A stretch of 63,499 nucleotides of DNA, filler included, from Collodictyon triciliatum (lineage: Eukaryota), in NCBI GenBank assembly GCA_043381765.1. It is 5 parts of 5 records of this genome, joined end to end, with 100 filler letters (N's around TTAATTAATTAA, not from the genome) between each part and the next. Parts side by side here need not be neighbours in the genome. Positions count along the whole stretch, not along the records: positions 12,371 to 26,217 come from JBHJMP010001917.1; positions 26,318 to 40,118 come from JBHJMP010001918.1; 3 more parts are not named here. One strand, 5' to 3'. Of this stretch, positions 13,311 through 27,508 are shown one piece after another. A model generated the notes under the pieces. The model did no database searches. It was not told the origin of the DNA and was given only the letters and a program-made list of their open reading frames with translations. The translations under genes and the position numbers were made by a program. Numbering within the stretch: the stretch's first letter is position 1; each line of letters starts with the position of its first letter.

Positions 13311-15126
13311 CTATTTGAATGGGATTGAAGCTCTTGAGACGGGCGGCTTCGATAACCTAGACAAATAAAAAAAAATGATCATGGCAATAACAAGCAGAGC
13401 CTGATATATATAAAAGAAATGATAAAAAAGGAAAAAAAAAAAGAAAGAACAGAGGGGGAAATAAACAAATAAACAAATAAATAAAAGACAGAACAAAGGA
13501 GGGGAATACATAGAAGCAATTCGCAAGATATGTGGATTTTGATGCATACCCCCGTGTGGATGTATGAGAGGGAGACGATAATGGATTCGTCGGGTGCACA
13601 GCTGATGAAGACGCTGCTGCTGCTGTATTTGCGCTAAATGATCCGGTGGGAGTTCGGCCGCGTTTTGATGCCGCACTGGACGCGATGCTCGATGGGAGAG
13701 AATGGGCGGCAGAGGCTGTGTTGTGTTTAAAGGCTGCGTGAGAGGAATGGTTGAGATACACCCTTGTCCATGGCTTCAGTTCGTTGGCTGGCTTCACTGA
13801 AATTAAATTGTGTAAAATGGTAGATGAAAAAAGATGAAAAAAGATGAAAAAAGATGAAAAAAGATGAAAAAAGATGAAAAAAGATGAAAAAAGATGAAAA
13901 AAGATGAAAAAAGGTGAAAAAGGTGAAAAAAAAAGTGAAAAAAATGAAAAAAAGATGAAATGGGAACCTGGTGTGGGCTTTCGCTCTCTTTCTCGCGTAA
14001 CTTCATTGTGAACGTCTCCTGCTGTCTGTTCTTTAGGCGGGATTTTCTCCGCTGTAAAATTATGCGTTCCATAGAGTTAGTTTTGGGTACCTATCGGACG
14101 CAGGTGAGGTATATGATTTTACTATTTCAAAATCAGGAGAGAACGGAGGAATTTCAACGAAAAAAAAATAATTGAATAATCCAGTATGAACCAAAGACAA
14201 AATAAAATAATAGACGAGACGTTATTTGGCTATTTTCGTTTCTTTTCTTCACTCCTAATATTCTGAATTAGAATTTAGAATGACAAACTCAAGGCACGAA
14301 GAAAGACATTCGCCTCGTCGATTGTTCTGAATCGAGATGCTTTGAGTTTGTGAACTAATTGCACTATTCCATCTAATGACTTTTCAGCCGTTGACTATGT
14401 GTCGCAAGGTGATAATCAGAGTTCTGGGATTTCAGTACATCACAGAAAACACCAAGTTGTTGAGCGATACATAAATATTCTAGATTCAAATTATATCAAC
14501 ATACTTTGGTTTGCGAAAGCTCCTCTTTATGACGCGCCCTGGATGGCTCGCTCTCTGTATTACTTGTCACAGACCCATCTAGTGATATAGACTCATCCGT
14601 ATTTTCTGCCTCCTATTAGTGAAAAGACATAGAGATTAAATATTGCCCATTTCCTGTTTGCTATCGTGCTCTGTTTCTTTCTTCTTTTTCTCCTTCTCCT
14701 TAAATATAGAATGATGTAAGTAACAAAGAAACCTGAATGGTCTGTCGTCCTGAGGACTTTGGTGAAACAATAGTTGATAGGAGTGCATGGGCATTTGATA
14801 GTTTTTCTGCAAGATGGTCTCGCTCGAAAAGGAGCTACACGCACACACGCAAAAATAAAACAAAATACATAAAATATAATTCTATGGTCATTAAGAATCG
14901 TAATCAATTCGGCCTATCATGATAGAACGTGGTTTTCGAATGCTTTTCATATTACAATATCATATTTATGCATGAAAGATTATAAAACATAATACAGGTT
15001 GTAATTTCTCCATCTCCAGTGTGGCCATGAGTTTTCGTAAGTCGTGCTGTTGATTTAAAACAGTTCCCAAACATTGTACAAGTTCGGAAATCTTCGATGA
15101 AATTGCTCGAAGGTTTTCCTCTTGCT

Positions 15127-15175
<49 letters not shown>

Positions 15176-18100
15176 AGACAGTCATAAATCAGCGTATTTA
15201 CTTGCGAGATACGAATATTGAGAAATTCAAAAGAAATCTAAGACTGAGATTTAATAAAAAGCAATACAATTATTACCATGGCTGGGTTGTTCGATATGTC
15301 CATCGCACCAAGCGAAAGCGCAGACAAGTCAACCTTATCGATCGGGTTGTTTTTTTTTTAATAAGACATTTTTAAGATTCAGTTTGGTGCATATATATGA
15401 ATTCAGTTAGATATATACATAACTACAATACCTCCAGCTTCTCTGCTGTTACAAGTAGACTGGTATATTCTTCTTGGGCGACCTTAAGCGATACAATTAT
15501 TTGCTGAGCCGCAGATGGGTGCCTATATTAAAATTTTGGTTCGTTAAAGGTAACTTCAAAATTAATTATCTTTTTCACTAAGATATCTTTTTTTTTTTTA
15601 AAAAAAAAAAAGGTTCAGATAGTGAATTCATTTTTGAAACACTTTTTTCCTTTCTTTCTTTGTTTTAAATAGCAATATTTGTCAATATACAAATGATTTT
15701 ACATGGTTTCCATGCTCAGCTGTGGGAAAATTACAGCCGGCTGCGATATTGACTGCACACATGCAAATTCGATTGGGGTCTCCATACTTTTTTTTTTTTT
15801 TTTTGCTCTCGTTAATAGCGTTGAAAGTAATCATCAAAGTCGATGAATAGGATACTATGAGAATAGTCGAACATAGATAAATACAACAAACCCAGGAAAC
15901 TGGCATGGAGGTAAAAGTGTGGTGCGAATAGCGCTAGGAGAAACCTCTTTTGTGGCAGATTCCAAGGTACTTTGCGAAATATTGTTGATCAGAAAATTGA
16001 TCAATTGAGTAAACTCGATACAAAAAGACTGGTATATCATAGTGTGAGGTTGTAGTGGGTAATTTTTTTTTCAAATAGGATTACATTTTTGTGAGTAGTA
16101 GCTGCCCTGGATGTGCGCAACTTGCCAGTGTGAATGCAATCTGCACATCCAAACCCAAATAATCATATCTGTTGGCAACAATATTATGAAGTACCTCGGG
16201 CTACAATGGTATCATGTAGGTAAAGAGGTCTTAAGAGTTATTAATATAATTTTAATATATTTACACGAGACTTTGAACAGAAAAGCAATTAAAACAAGAA
16301 TTAAAACAAGAATAGACATATAAATAGAAATAGACCTTTCCTTCGTGCACACCAACTTTCAATTGGATTGCAGGTATGTTTTGATGTTCTACAGAAAGGC
16401 CTGTTTGCTCCAACGGGTCGATGTAATTGACAAGTTTTACTTCGGAGGAGAAAAATGTGAGTAGCCTATTCAAACGTTACTGTTTATGCAACTATGAAAT
16501 TGTGATTATATGGTCTATATAAGTTCTCACTTTGAAGTACTTCGGTCATTACTGAGAGACACCAATTCAAGGCCTTTGCAGACGACGAGAAAGCAACAAG
16601 GTTTACGTGGCCGACCGTAAAGACTTCATAACCTCCATGGATTGGCATCTATTAGACAAAATAAGAAAATTTGCAACGAGAATATTACAGCAATTGGGTT
16701 AAATATGACAGTGTGTAAAACTATTGCAATAGCCAATAATGTATCGTGCGGATAATAATTTGAATTTGAATATGAATGACTCCATACATGCTTTCGGAGA
16801 CATTTGTTTACTTCGTTTGTAACCATGGCACATGATTTTGGATTGTCAGTCCACGAGAACGCAGGAGAAAATATTTCAATGCACACTAGCGTAACGTCAC
16901 CTACGGGATTTCAAAGAGGAGGGAAAATGGATTTCAGTCAAAATGGTATGCTTTATGGATGCCATCTATTGGGGAAGGTTTTTTTTTTTTAAAAAAAAAA
17001 CCTGATGGTGGTTGGGTGCTTCTATAGCACTCAGAGGCTGACTGGTCGTTATACTCGATTCGAAATAAAATGGCGTTCATCTATACACGGCATTACATTG
17101 TTGTAAAGTATTATAAAAATGATACATAGACGATTAAAAGATTACAGAGTCGGAAGAATTATATATGATTACTTGTTGGCCAATCCCCTGAAGTCGATTG
17201 AGGCATACGCGCAATTGGTTTGATGATTCCCTCACTCCTTGAAATATCATTTCAAGGCGGGGCTTTTCCAATCCTGCGGGTTATCACATTGGTTTTCAAA
17301 TTTAGAAAGTCACGATAAAATAAGTTAAAGTGTCATTTTTTTTTTTCAGAGTTTGCATATATGCATAGTCACTTTTAATTTTGATAAGAAACCTGCACTG
17401 TCTCGAACTTGCGATAGTTGGGTTTCTAGATGCGACCTATCCCAATATTCAGTGGTAGAAAAAAATATGAAAAATCAAACAAATTCAAAAAAAAAAACCA
17501 AGCAAGACAGAAAGAAACAAAGAAAAAAGTATGAAATAGAAGAAATAGTACAGTAAACCGTTCTTCTCGGCAATTAGAATGCGGTTCTCTTCTTCTAAAT
17601 CCTATTTTTAGACCAGTATTAAAACATGTCCAGAGAAACTTAGGGGCTACACAATTACAAAATTTATAATACGGTAGTATGAAGCGTATTCATAAAGATG
17701 ATAAAGGAAAACACTTGCTTTTAGCTTGTGAACTAGGTCTTCAATTTTTTTGATCGCGTCAGCTAAGATTTCATTTTTTCTTGAAGATGCCTATAACAAT
17801 TCATTTAAATAAGGTTATATTTTACATCACAAAGTTTGTGAATTGGTTATATCTTTAAGTGAATGAGTAGTCTTACTTCATGGAATTGTTTTTCCTTCTC
17901 TGCAATCTCAATAATAAGCATCTCGCGTTCGTTGATAAGTTCCTGTAAATTGAATTAGAATTTTGATACTAAAACATATTAGCGAGAAAAAAATTTGCAA
18001 AAAACAAAAAAACAAAAAAACAAAAAAAAAACTGTAAGCTGACGAGTTCTTTTCTGAATTGTATACTTCATTTTGTTTCTTGATAGCCACCAAGGTACTA

Positions 18101-20693
18101 GGTTCTAACGAATGCTCTGTAGAGACCAAACAAGAAATACCGTTACACTGTATTTTTTCTTATTTATTTCCTCAAAAAATAAAGAATTGACGGGAATAAC
18201 AAACTTCACAGACACATATATCAACGTACCTTTCATAATGTTTTCAAACTCTGCAACACGAGCGGAAATTTCGAAATTTTTGAGTGTTTCCTGTTACATA
18301 ATATTACATAAATTAGGATATTACAATCAGATGTTGCTTGGGGGATAATCTTTCAATAAAATTAAAATTAAGCTTTCTTCTATATAAAAAAGTATATGCC
18401 ATTACTGTCTTGTATTTATGTTCGCTCTCTTTGAGCTTCTCTTGCAATTCAAGGACTTCTGTTTGATGCTTGGATTTCAACTCTCGCATCATTTTTTCTT
18501 GCTCGACGATTTTAGATCGGAGAGATTCTAGGCTATTGGCGTGTGTCACAATGAGAACATCGAGAATTGACAAATTGCTGCTATTCACATAAGTAAATGC
18601 TAAAGTATTTTTCTTCACTATCCTATCTTAAATCAAGAATACAACCTATCCTCTTCTGCCTTTGTCTCGTTTAGTGAACGCAGATACCTCAGGAGGGCAA
18701 AAGTCCCTTGTTTACTGATATCTGCGAGTTGGCGGTCCAATGGGTTACCCTTTAGGGGAAGAAAAAAAAAAGAATCAGTAGTATTTTTCTTTGTTTTGTT
18801 TATTGCATGGAATCGGTGAAAATAATAAATTTTATGTATTTTTTTTTTAAAAAAAAGGACCAAACTTATGATGATATCTGAATTGTAATATATTTATTAC
18901 GGTAATATTCAGCTTAGAAAGAGACTTCATCCCTCCAATTTCTTTAGGAAGTATCGTGATGTAATTGTGCTCCACATTCAACTTTTTTTTTAAAAAAAAA
19001 TAAATAATAGTAATCATAATGAATAAAATAAAAAAATTCATGTGAAAATCAAATTTTAATGATTTTAGCTACATCGAGGCCAAATTTTGAAAAGCAATTG
19101 AGTATAGGATGAAAAATACCTGAACTAAAGATGACATTTGTGCAATTACTATAGGCATGTTAGCAATTCTATTATTGTTAATCTCCAAAACCAGAAGGTT
19201 TGTCAGAGTCTTCATTTCTTCAGGCAACGACATTATTTGATTGTCGTTCAAATTAAGTTCCTAAGATAAAATATATTTCAAAAACATGAATTCTATTTAA
19301 ATCCTCAGAAAAATATGATATCTCAGTGACATATTCTTGCGTAGTTACCTGCAACCGAGTAGAGTTCTCGATTGTATTTGGAATCTAGAATAAGATATAA
19401 AAGCAAAATCAAGATTACTTACCATTTGATTGACCAATGAAAATAATTAAGAATATTTTTAAATAATAGAATAGATAGTACTATTGATATAAGATTTCCA
19501 TGGAGATCGAGACATCTTAAATTAGTCACTGCTTGGAAGAACGAGGGTGTGATTTCGAATATTTGATTGTTGTTCATATCAACTTCCTCTAAATTGATAA
19601 CCAAAGAATCATGCATTTCAGAGTTTGTGGATAGGTTTAAATTTATCCCCACTGATAAGATGAATCAAAATCTGCGAAATGAAAGGTTGGAAAATACCAA
19701 AAAAAAAAATTAAATAGATAATTAATTGCCTATTCTTTTCAAACGGATTATATCCACCGGAAACCTAATTATACGATTATGTCCAAGATTGACAGATACC
19801 AGTGACGACAAAAGGCCAATTTCTGGAATGAGAGAAAACAAATTTCGACTGCAAATATGCTTCATGTTAGTATTTAAGGAGGAATTATTTCTTAAAAAAA
19901 AAAAAAAGGCTAATTCTTTTCAGATATATACAAGGATACTTGATAGAGTTTTCTACATATTAATCACAGATAATGTAGGATATTTTCAGAGGAGAACCTA
20001 AGGTTCAAAATCCTCAATTTAGAGAGTGTGCTGACACTCGGTGGCAGATTGGACAATTTATTGCCAGAGAGGTCCAACTCCTCCACGTTCCCAATTGAAA
20101 TGACCTGGATTTAATTAGTATAGGATGGATATGCTAAAAGTTAGGAGAATCCACTTCTTTATGATACTGAATGCCTGTATATATGAACGTATTCAGATTC
20201 AATATTGTCGATTGTTTTTTGGATTTATTTTTATATGACAAACCTGATCAGGGAACTGCTCAAGCATCATATTCGAAAAGTGTACGCCGTTTTTACTGAC
20301 AGACATGCGACGTAGCCGAACATCGGATAGGTTGAAAGAGGAGCCGTCATATTGCCTGGTAATAGTATCATTTTATATGTGAGAACGTTAGAAAAACATT
20401 AATAAGGATATTGGGTATAATTATTAACTATTTATTAACCGATACATGTATTTTAAAATAACAAAAAAAAGAAAAAAGAAAGAAATAAAGAAAAGAAGAG
20501 ACTGAACAAGTCAGAAAATTAAGAAAAAAAATAAAAACCATGATTACTTTGACCTGACCGTCACAAATGACTGTGATCGGTGTGGCGAGTTTATGGTCTC
20601 GGATGATTCATTCCATCCAGATACTGGTCTCTGAAAATCACGACTGAAACTTCCCATGCTCCCAGTCTTTGGTGACCGAAGCGGATCAGACAT
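13311..20693 (-). CDS. Multi-exon protein: LRRs, coiled coil, two degenerate class III nucleotide cyclase domains, low-complexity tail (exon joining partly inferred)
   Basis: LRR exons (VEELDLSGNKLSNLPPSV, LRCLDLHGNLI, LLVLEINNNRIANMP, GNPL cap). Cyclase-like exons PPSG|DVTLVCIEIF, GGYEVFTVGHVNLVAF..ALNWCL, LKVGVHEG and YDYLGLDVQIAFTLASCAHPGQLLL. Second copy MFGNCFKSTARL near 15000-15125. Confidence 0.6.
13822..13960. repeat. (GATGAAAAAA)n intronic tandem repeat
   Basis: Visible 10-mer array. Confidence 0.9.
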
Positions 20694-21607
20694 GGAGCTG
20701 TGATTCTGATTGCCTATTTCACTCGACGGCTCTGCTTTTTTTTTTTAAAAAAAAAAAAAAACGGCTTAAATCTACATACGGGGACTGCTTTGACTGATTC
20801 GTATGAAACAAATCGAGGAGAAGCTTCGGAAACTAAATGTGTTTCAACTAGCCTGTCTGGTACGGGTCATATTCCTTTCTCTGGAGAGTGATGGGAGTTG
20901 TTTCTGAATTGGTCGTTTGGGTGAAAAAAAAAAAATTTCAGGCAGAGTTCACAAAACTATTTAGGTGCATATAGAAAATCTATCAAATTGCAAAAAAATA
21001 AATATAATATAAACCTAACGAAACTGGACGCTTTGAAAAGCTATTTGGTGGCCTATATATGAATTTCAATAATAGCATTAATGCTTAGTTCATTCTTTAA
21101 CACGCTTTCAAAAAATTTGGCTTTGGAAGAAGTTTATATATGTAGATAGAAAACAAGATAGTATCTACAGTACAACATTTATATTAAGTTTCAGCGGATT
21201 TCTTATGACTTTGTTATATTTGTTTGTTTTGCAACTACTTTCATTTGTGTTCACCTTGCCAAATGCTGATTTAGACCAGGATCGAAGGCAGGCACACTCG
21301 AAGAAGAGTACCCTGGAATAGTGAATTTTTGTAAATGAAATAAGAAAGGGCTATCTATATGAAAAGGACGTTCATTATTCACAGCATACCGAAGGAGGGT
21401 ATAGGATAATGGTTTGCAGCGAGCGGGCTCTGATGTACCGTCTGGCGGTTCTGTGCACTTCTGTTGCATGCATCCAATTAAGAAACAAGTTTCACTTTAG
21501 CACATTTGCGAGTAATATTTGTTCAATGATTCCTATTAGTTTGTAACCAAAATACGAATACAAAAAGGCTAAAAAAAAAATTCTTGAATTGAAGAACTAA
21601 ATGAAAG

Positions 21608-21608
<1 letters not shown>

Positions 21609-21676
<68 letters not shown>

Positions 21677-21686
21677 NNNNNNNNNN

Positions 21687-21735
<49 letters not shown>
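21609..21735. repeat. (TTA)n microsatellite containing a small gap
   Basis: Visible trinucleotide array. Confidence 0.95.
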
Positions 21736-22536
21736 TGGGTGTTACCACACATCTTATGCGGTACAAGCAACAATTACGGTGTAAAGGCACTTCACTTACG
21801 CAGAAAACTCCACTTCGTTGTATTTCGCAGCCGAGCGGTCCACGTCAGCGCCCCAATGCGGCCGTCCGATCAGATTGGAAGTGCTCTGGATGCGAAACGG
21901 GCCTTTCCCTCCACCTTGTTTGGTTTCTGGCTGCATATGCCCAGCAGACCTACTTTCTGTTTATGATTCTGTAAGCAACAACTCCAGTCTTTGGCCCGGC
22001 CTTTGTCTCAAGAAGCAAAAGCCTGCAAAGTGTGCTTTCCTTCGTTTGGGATATTGGCGCCTCGCGATTATTTTGTGTTCGGGTAGTTAAAAGCTTGTTC
22101 AGAAGAGGAATGGTAATCAGTCCAGAGATAGAGATATTCGTTAGAGAAGGCTGCAAAATATGCTACAACCCGATTCCTGCTTTGTACTGTAATGCCTCGA
22201 TTTTGATTTTTAATATTTTTATTATTGTTATTATTTTCGGACACGCCAGAACAGTATTTATTCTTCTTTCCTAGTCTTTGGCGACCAAGTGTGCCACGGG
22301 GAGAAGTCAGAGCCTCTCTGAGAAAGCCTCTCCAACGTTTCATTGGGACGAAGCGCGGTTTGGTGGTGGAATTTTGTTGGTTTGCATGTAGGAGAGGAAC
22401 TGCGATATGATTGCGAGATTCGTTTAAGAGCAGAGAAGGAAAGCGCAAATCAAAAGATCAAAACATCAGCAACAAATGAAAAAAGAAAGAAAAAACAGGA
22501 TGCTAGTATGTTGCAAATTATGGAAATGCTGCTGAC

Positions 22537-25500
22537 TTGTTCAGGGACTTCAGCCAGGGTGTAAGCCGCGATTGCCTCGGGGTCGTCGGCAGGTAATTCA
22601 CGGAGTGGGACAAACTGCGCAATACGGTATGAGGAATTATCAGTGGTATGGGATTAATTTTGCCGTTAAATTATAAAAGAATCCATCGGCGTAATTATTT
22701 CAACTAAATGCTATGTAATAAGAAAATAAAAATAAAAAAAGAGAGAGAAATCCACGAGTTTACCTGGACAATATCACGAGAGGCAGCAACCCCACGCGAG
22801 TTAACAAGACTCTTTTCATCACCATCCAAAATTTTCATTTTAGAGAAGTTGGAATGGCCGATGCTATGGTCAGGGATTATAAATCATAAAAGATATATAA
22901 GTTTGCAAGAATGAAAGATATTAATGATATTATCACCACTGTTAATTAATCGTGGAAAAGTAAATACCCTGTAATAATGATGGAAATAGGAAGAGTGGAG
23001 GCATCCACAATGGCGTCGACTGTCCTCTCCATATCTGAGAAAACAGTTGCCCAAAATACATCTTAATTTCAAACCTCCTTACTCTACTTTTATTGTTTAT
23101 TATACTTTTTTTTTCATAATCTAATCCTTAATCACATTTCTTTTCCTTTTTTCCTTTTTTTTTGTTTTTGTTGGAAAAATGTGGGTACATACCTGTAATT
23201 TCTCCATCGGTGAGAATCTAAATCGTTCAGAGTAATGTTTGCATGAGCGATTATTTTGAAAAGAAAGTATCACATTACACAAAAAAGAAAATATTTAGAA
23301 TTACCAAGAGGATGAAGTACTTTAGCTCCTTTCGAGTAACAGATTCACGGGCCAGTTGCGAAACGTTTGATATTACCTAGCAGAATGTTAAGATATGATC
23401 ATTGTGGATTCATTCACATATATTAGATTGCTTGACAATCGAAACCACTGATTTGATACGACCTACAGGTGCAAAGTTCGTCGGGCCTGCAAGGGCAACA
23501 TTAGCAACGCAGTTCGTGTATGCCCCCAAGACTCCATCGATACCATAAACTTCGGGCTAAGACATTAAACATATAATATTACTGCGAAAATTTACTACAA
23601 TGACTCACGAGCGACTGTATAAAGAACACCACACCTCATCACTGGTACTTGCAAGATAAATGAGTTTATAATTGCCCGCTTACGTGAGATTCATTTCCTG
23701 TCAGAGAGAAATTATGTGACACTGGGCTATTGGCAGGAAAGCATCCTCCAAAACCAAAAACCTGGAAGGGAATGTAACGATTAAAAAAATTGCTGATAAC
23801 AGGCTGTAATTTTATCAGAGATATTACTGAAAAGGCTAATAAAATATAGCATGCGCAATCCCATTTGCTGAGAGAAGCTTACGGGGAATTTTCGGTCATT
23901 GTCAAAGTTTGCGATGACATTACCAACAGAGGTGATAGCCGTCTTTGATGCAACAAGGAGATTTAATCTTTCTGTACTTGAATACAAATATAACTAATGC
24001 GTATATATAGAATTTAGGAGTGACCAGAGACCTGATATCCATTGAGTTTCTCTGGATTAAGATGGTGCAGGCTGGAAATGTAAGATGGACCACCGTTGCT
24101 GCCGGTAAAATCAATTGCAAAGACCTTTGTCGAATTTTAGATTCCATGAACTTGATTACATTTTTATTATCCCTTTTAAGGTTCATAAGAAAAGATAACA
24201 TATACTCCAAAGAAAAATAATTACGATATTCATGTTGTATCCGCCAGCGATGTAATCAAGAAACGACGGACATGCGATTTGCTCGACATGCTCGAGAACA
24301 AGGACACCAGAATTTTTATACCCACTCTTTGATTTCTTTTGGGGGTTTATTAGGTCGAACCGGCCTGGTTTCAAGAGCTCTCCGGCTGGAACCTATATTT
24401 TTGAAGCAAATATTTAGAATATAGCCTGCCTACCAATTAAAAATTCAATTTTAACGTAGAACGATGCAGTTGAGCAGGTTTGTTCACACCTCACATGAAC
24501 CGATGAAATCATTTTCGGTTATTGAGTCCCAGTCAAAACACTCAATCTTTTTTTTTTTAATGATAACATATGGTCAGTAAGACAATATAATCATATATAT
24601 TCATCGCTAGATGTCTTGTGGTTTGAAAAAATAATTGTAAAAGATCTGATATAATTGAAGGGAAAGAATGAAATTAAAACGTTGTGAGATAATACTGCAA
24701 ACCCTGATGATTGAGTCGAGCTTTCCATTGCACAACTCAGATAAGGAAATGTGTGCGGGCTTCCATGATCTAAGAATGATAATATCTTGTGTATCAGGCA
24801 TTGAGCAAGGGAATGATATTCATAGGAATACAATGAAAGTTACGGATTTAGAGTTTTCTCAATGATTTCACTCTTGTATATCGGAGGCAGCGTCTTTTCG
24901 CCAACTTTTCGGCTGATGACGATGAAAGGGTCTTTGGGAATATTTATGAATAATAAGATCACTAAAACTTACATTTAAATTTGCAAAGTCTTATTCTTCT
25001 TTAGATCGGAATAAAGTAAACTTTAATGAATATCAGGAATAGAGGTTGCAATTTTTCTCTTTTTTCTCTTTTTTTTATACCGCTTTTGCCGAAAGTATCC
25101 ATCTTGTCCACATTCTCAGCGCGGAACTTGAGGCTAAATGCAAAATAAATTATTGAACTGATCATTCAGCATGTTACCACATAAATATATACAATTATGC
25201 AAGTAACGCCGGAATATAATATACCTACGAGAGGATACCTATATTTTTCGTGCGTATAAAATAAATCATTACATAAGGGAAAGCTTGCAGTCGTTCAACT
25301 CCTCTCCGTAGATTTTAATCGTTCCACGAGAGCTATCCGGACGAGCATGCTTCCTGTCACATTTCACGAGATAATTATTATCGCCTCCAAAAATTGCATT
25401 TACGCATCATGCGCAGGAGCCTGTTGACTCACAGGCAAGGTAATACTAGTAGAGTGGATTAACCTATCCTTGAATGTAATGTTAAATGGTGCTAAAGAAA

Positions 25501-26070
25501 TGGTGCCTGAGTGTTCGGGTGATGGTCTGGCCTTTGGAACCAGCTACCTCGCCAAGAGTGAATAACTAAATTTCGTGGAATAAAATTATAATTACAGACT
25601 CTATATTCGACATATTAGTATGACAGTGTGGATAGCAAGACAACGGTGAAAGGTGAGGAAGTCATACATATCAACAAGCAGACAAAATTGAGACCAGTCA
25701 TCAGTACACATAAAGCTACAAAGAATAGCGATAGAGAATAAATATACGCTCTCTCCAATCAATTCCTGAGCGTCAAGCCCTTTTGAAAGGTCACTGATAT
25801 TGTAAACACCGACGCGGAGATGCATAGTCTAAAGTGATTTTCCAAAAGAATTAATTTTGTATTCCATAAATTTGGTTTTGTCTTCTGACAGAAAAAAAAT
25901 TACTATCAAAATACAAACCAATTACATTATACGCATCGAAATGATTCGAAAAGATGAGAGAAATAGAAAAAGAAAAGAAGAAAAGAAAAGAAAGCACAAG
26001 TGAAGGCCAAACTTTCTCAAAGTTAAACTGAACAGTGATTCCTTGGACGAATTCAGGATTCGAGTTTTCG
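22537..26070 (-). CDS. Copine (C2A-C2B-vWA); 5' truncated, last exon unresolved
   Basis: Exons NSNPEF..FNFEK, KMDTFGKS|DPF, IECFDWD..NDFIG, SFLDYIAGG, IDFTGSNG, VFGFGG, LAGPTNFAP, ILTDGEIT, LPISIII, RDIVQ|FVP and LAEVPEQ. Confidence 0.92.
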
Positions 26071-26120
26071 CTACGTTAGATAGTAAGCTAAATATTGTAC
26101 AGCGTCTTATACAAATTGGA

Positions 26121-26172
<52 letters not shown>

Positions 26173-26217
26173 AAAGAAAAGAAAAGAAAAGAAAAGAAAA
26201 GAAAAGAAAAGAAAAGA

Positions 26218-26317
26218 NNNNNNNNNNNNNNNNNNNNNNNNNNNNNNNNNNNNNNNNNNNNTTAATTAATTAANNNNNNNNNNNNNNNNNNNNNNNNNNN
26301 NNNNNNNNNNNNNNNNN
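26218..26317. other. Artificial contig spacer
   Basis: N44-TTAATTAATTAA-N44. Confidence 0.97.
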
Positions 26318-26469
26318 TTTTTTTTTTTTTTTTCTTTTTTTTTTTTTGTTATTATTTTTTGGACATTTTTGGGTACTTTAATTATTATTTGCCTTCATTT
26401 TTTTAACTTTCACCGCGTGAGTAACACTTGTCATGTCTGACCTATCGCCATTATCTAAAACTACACCAG

Positions 26470-26682
26470 ATTCTCACGTTCTTTGTCGTCCGAATCTGCG
26501 GACAATTTTACGTGATGCGTCTGACGTATGAGCTGAGGCATGATTTCCTTCTTATCGAGCCTTACATGGTGGCCATCTACTTTATCAAGTTTTCTGCAAT
26601 CATATACTTGAACACCACGTGGTTCATCAGCATGCTGAAGATCGCTTCGAAGATGTTTTCATCAAAACCCTCGAAGGAGTGA
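26470..26682 (+). CDS. Terminal exon of a TLC (TRAM/LAG1/CLN8)-domain membrane protein
   Basis: CAG acceptor, then ILTFFVVRI...IIYLNTTWFISMLKIASK-stop; matches the FFxxRI / LNxxWF TLC C-terminal pattern. Confidence 0.6.
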   Translation: MLTFFVVRICGQFYVMRLTYELRHDFLLIEPYMVAIYFIKFSAIIYLNTTWFISMLKIASKMFSSKPSKE

Positions 26683-27223
26683 GCGCAGGGTTGTATCTCT
26701 GCCCAATAAATCACCATACCTTGATTGGGTTCTTGGTATCTCTCCTTCCTCTTTTGTGAGCTCTTGCTCTTTTTTTTTCTTTTTTTTTCCTTGATGAGGT
26801 TTTGGGTTGGCTTGTGGGTGCGAAAGTGAATAAACCTCAAGCGCACAACCCCAAAAAGGTAAAAATAAAGTATAGTTATGGAAAATATAATATGAAATTC
26901 TTTTGTTTACAAATAAACAACCAATATTTATGATATATACTACACAGAATAATAATTAGTTAATATGTCGACAATTAACTGAAATTAGTTTCAATGTGTA
27001 TTTTGATGGCATTTGGCCGTTTTCGATGAATTTTCTGTTTTTTTTTCTTCAGCCGGATTATATGGCAGCGACATGAAGGGATTTCCAGCACCGGAATGGA
27101 GCCTTCTATGTGCCGCAACCTCGATCGGCATTAATGCTCAGACCGAGCGAGACCGAGCGGACAGCAGCCTGCGAAGAGGCCTTGTATACTCGACAGTCAG
27201 ATTGGGTTGATCAAAGAACCAAT

Positions 27224-27448
27224 AAACAAAGAAACAAAGAAACAAAGAAACAAAGAAACAAAGAAACAAAGAAACAAAGAAACAAAGAAACAAAGAAACA
27301 AAGAAACAAAGAAACAAAGAAACAAAGAAACAAAGAGACAAAGAGACAAAGAGACAAAGAGACAAAGAGACAAAGAGACAAAGAGACAAAGAGACAAAGA
27401 GACAAAGAGACAAAGAAACAAAGAAACAAAGAAACATAGAGACAAAGA
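27224..27448. repeat. Compound 8-mer tandem repeat (AAAGAAAC)n(AAAGAGAC)n upstream of prolidase
   Basis: Visible array. Confidence 0.95.
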
Positions 27449-27508
27449 GAGTCATCCTACGCATTGTGTGGAGAGACCGATCGAAACCGACTCAACCTTT
27501 GCCACAGA

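Noticed and set aside
21251-22450. Candidate last exon(s) of copine or a separate small gene
   Set aside because: No unique in-frame splice solution could be established.
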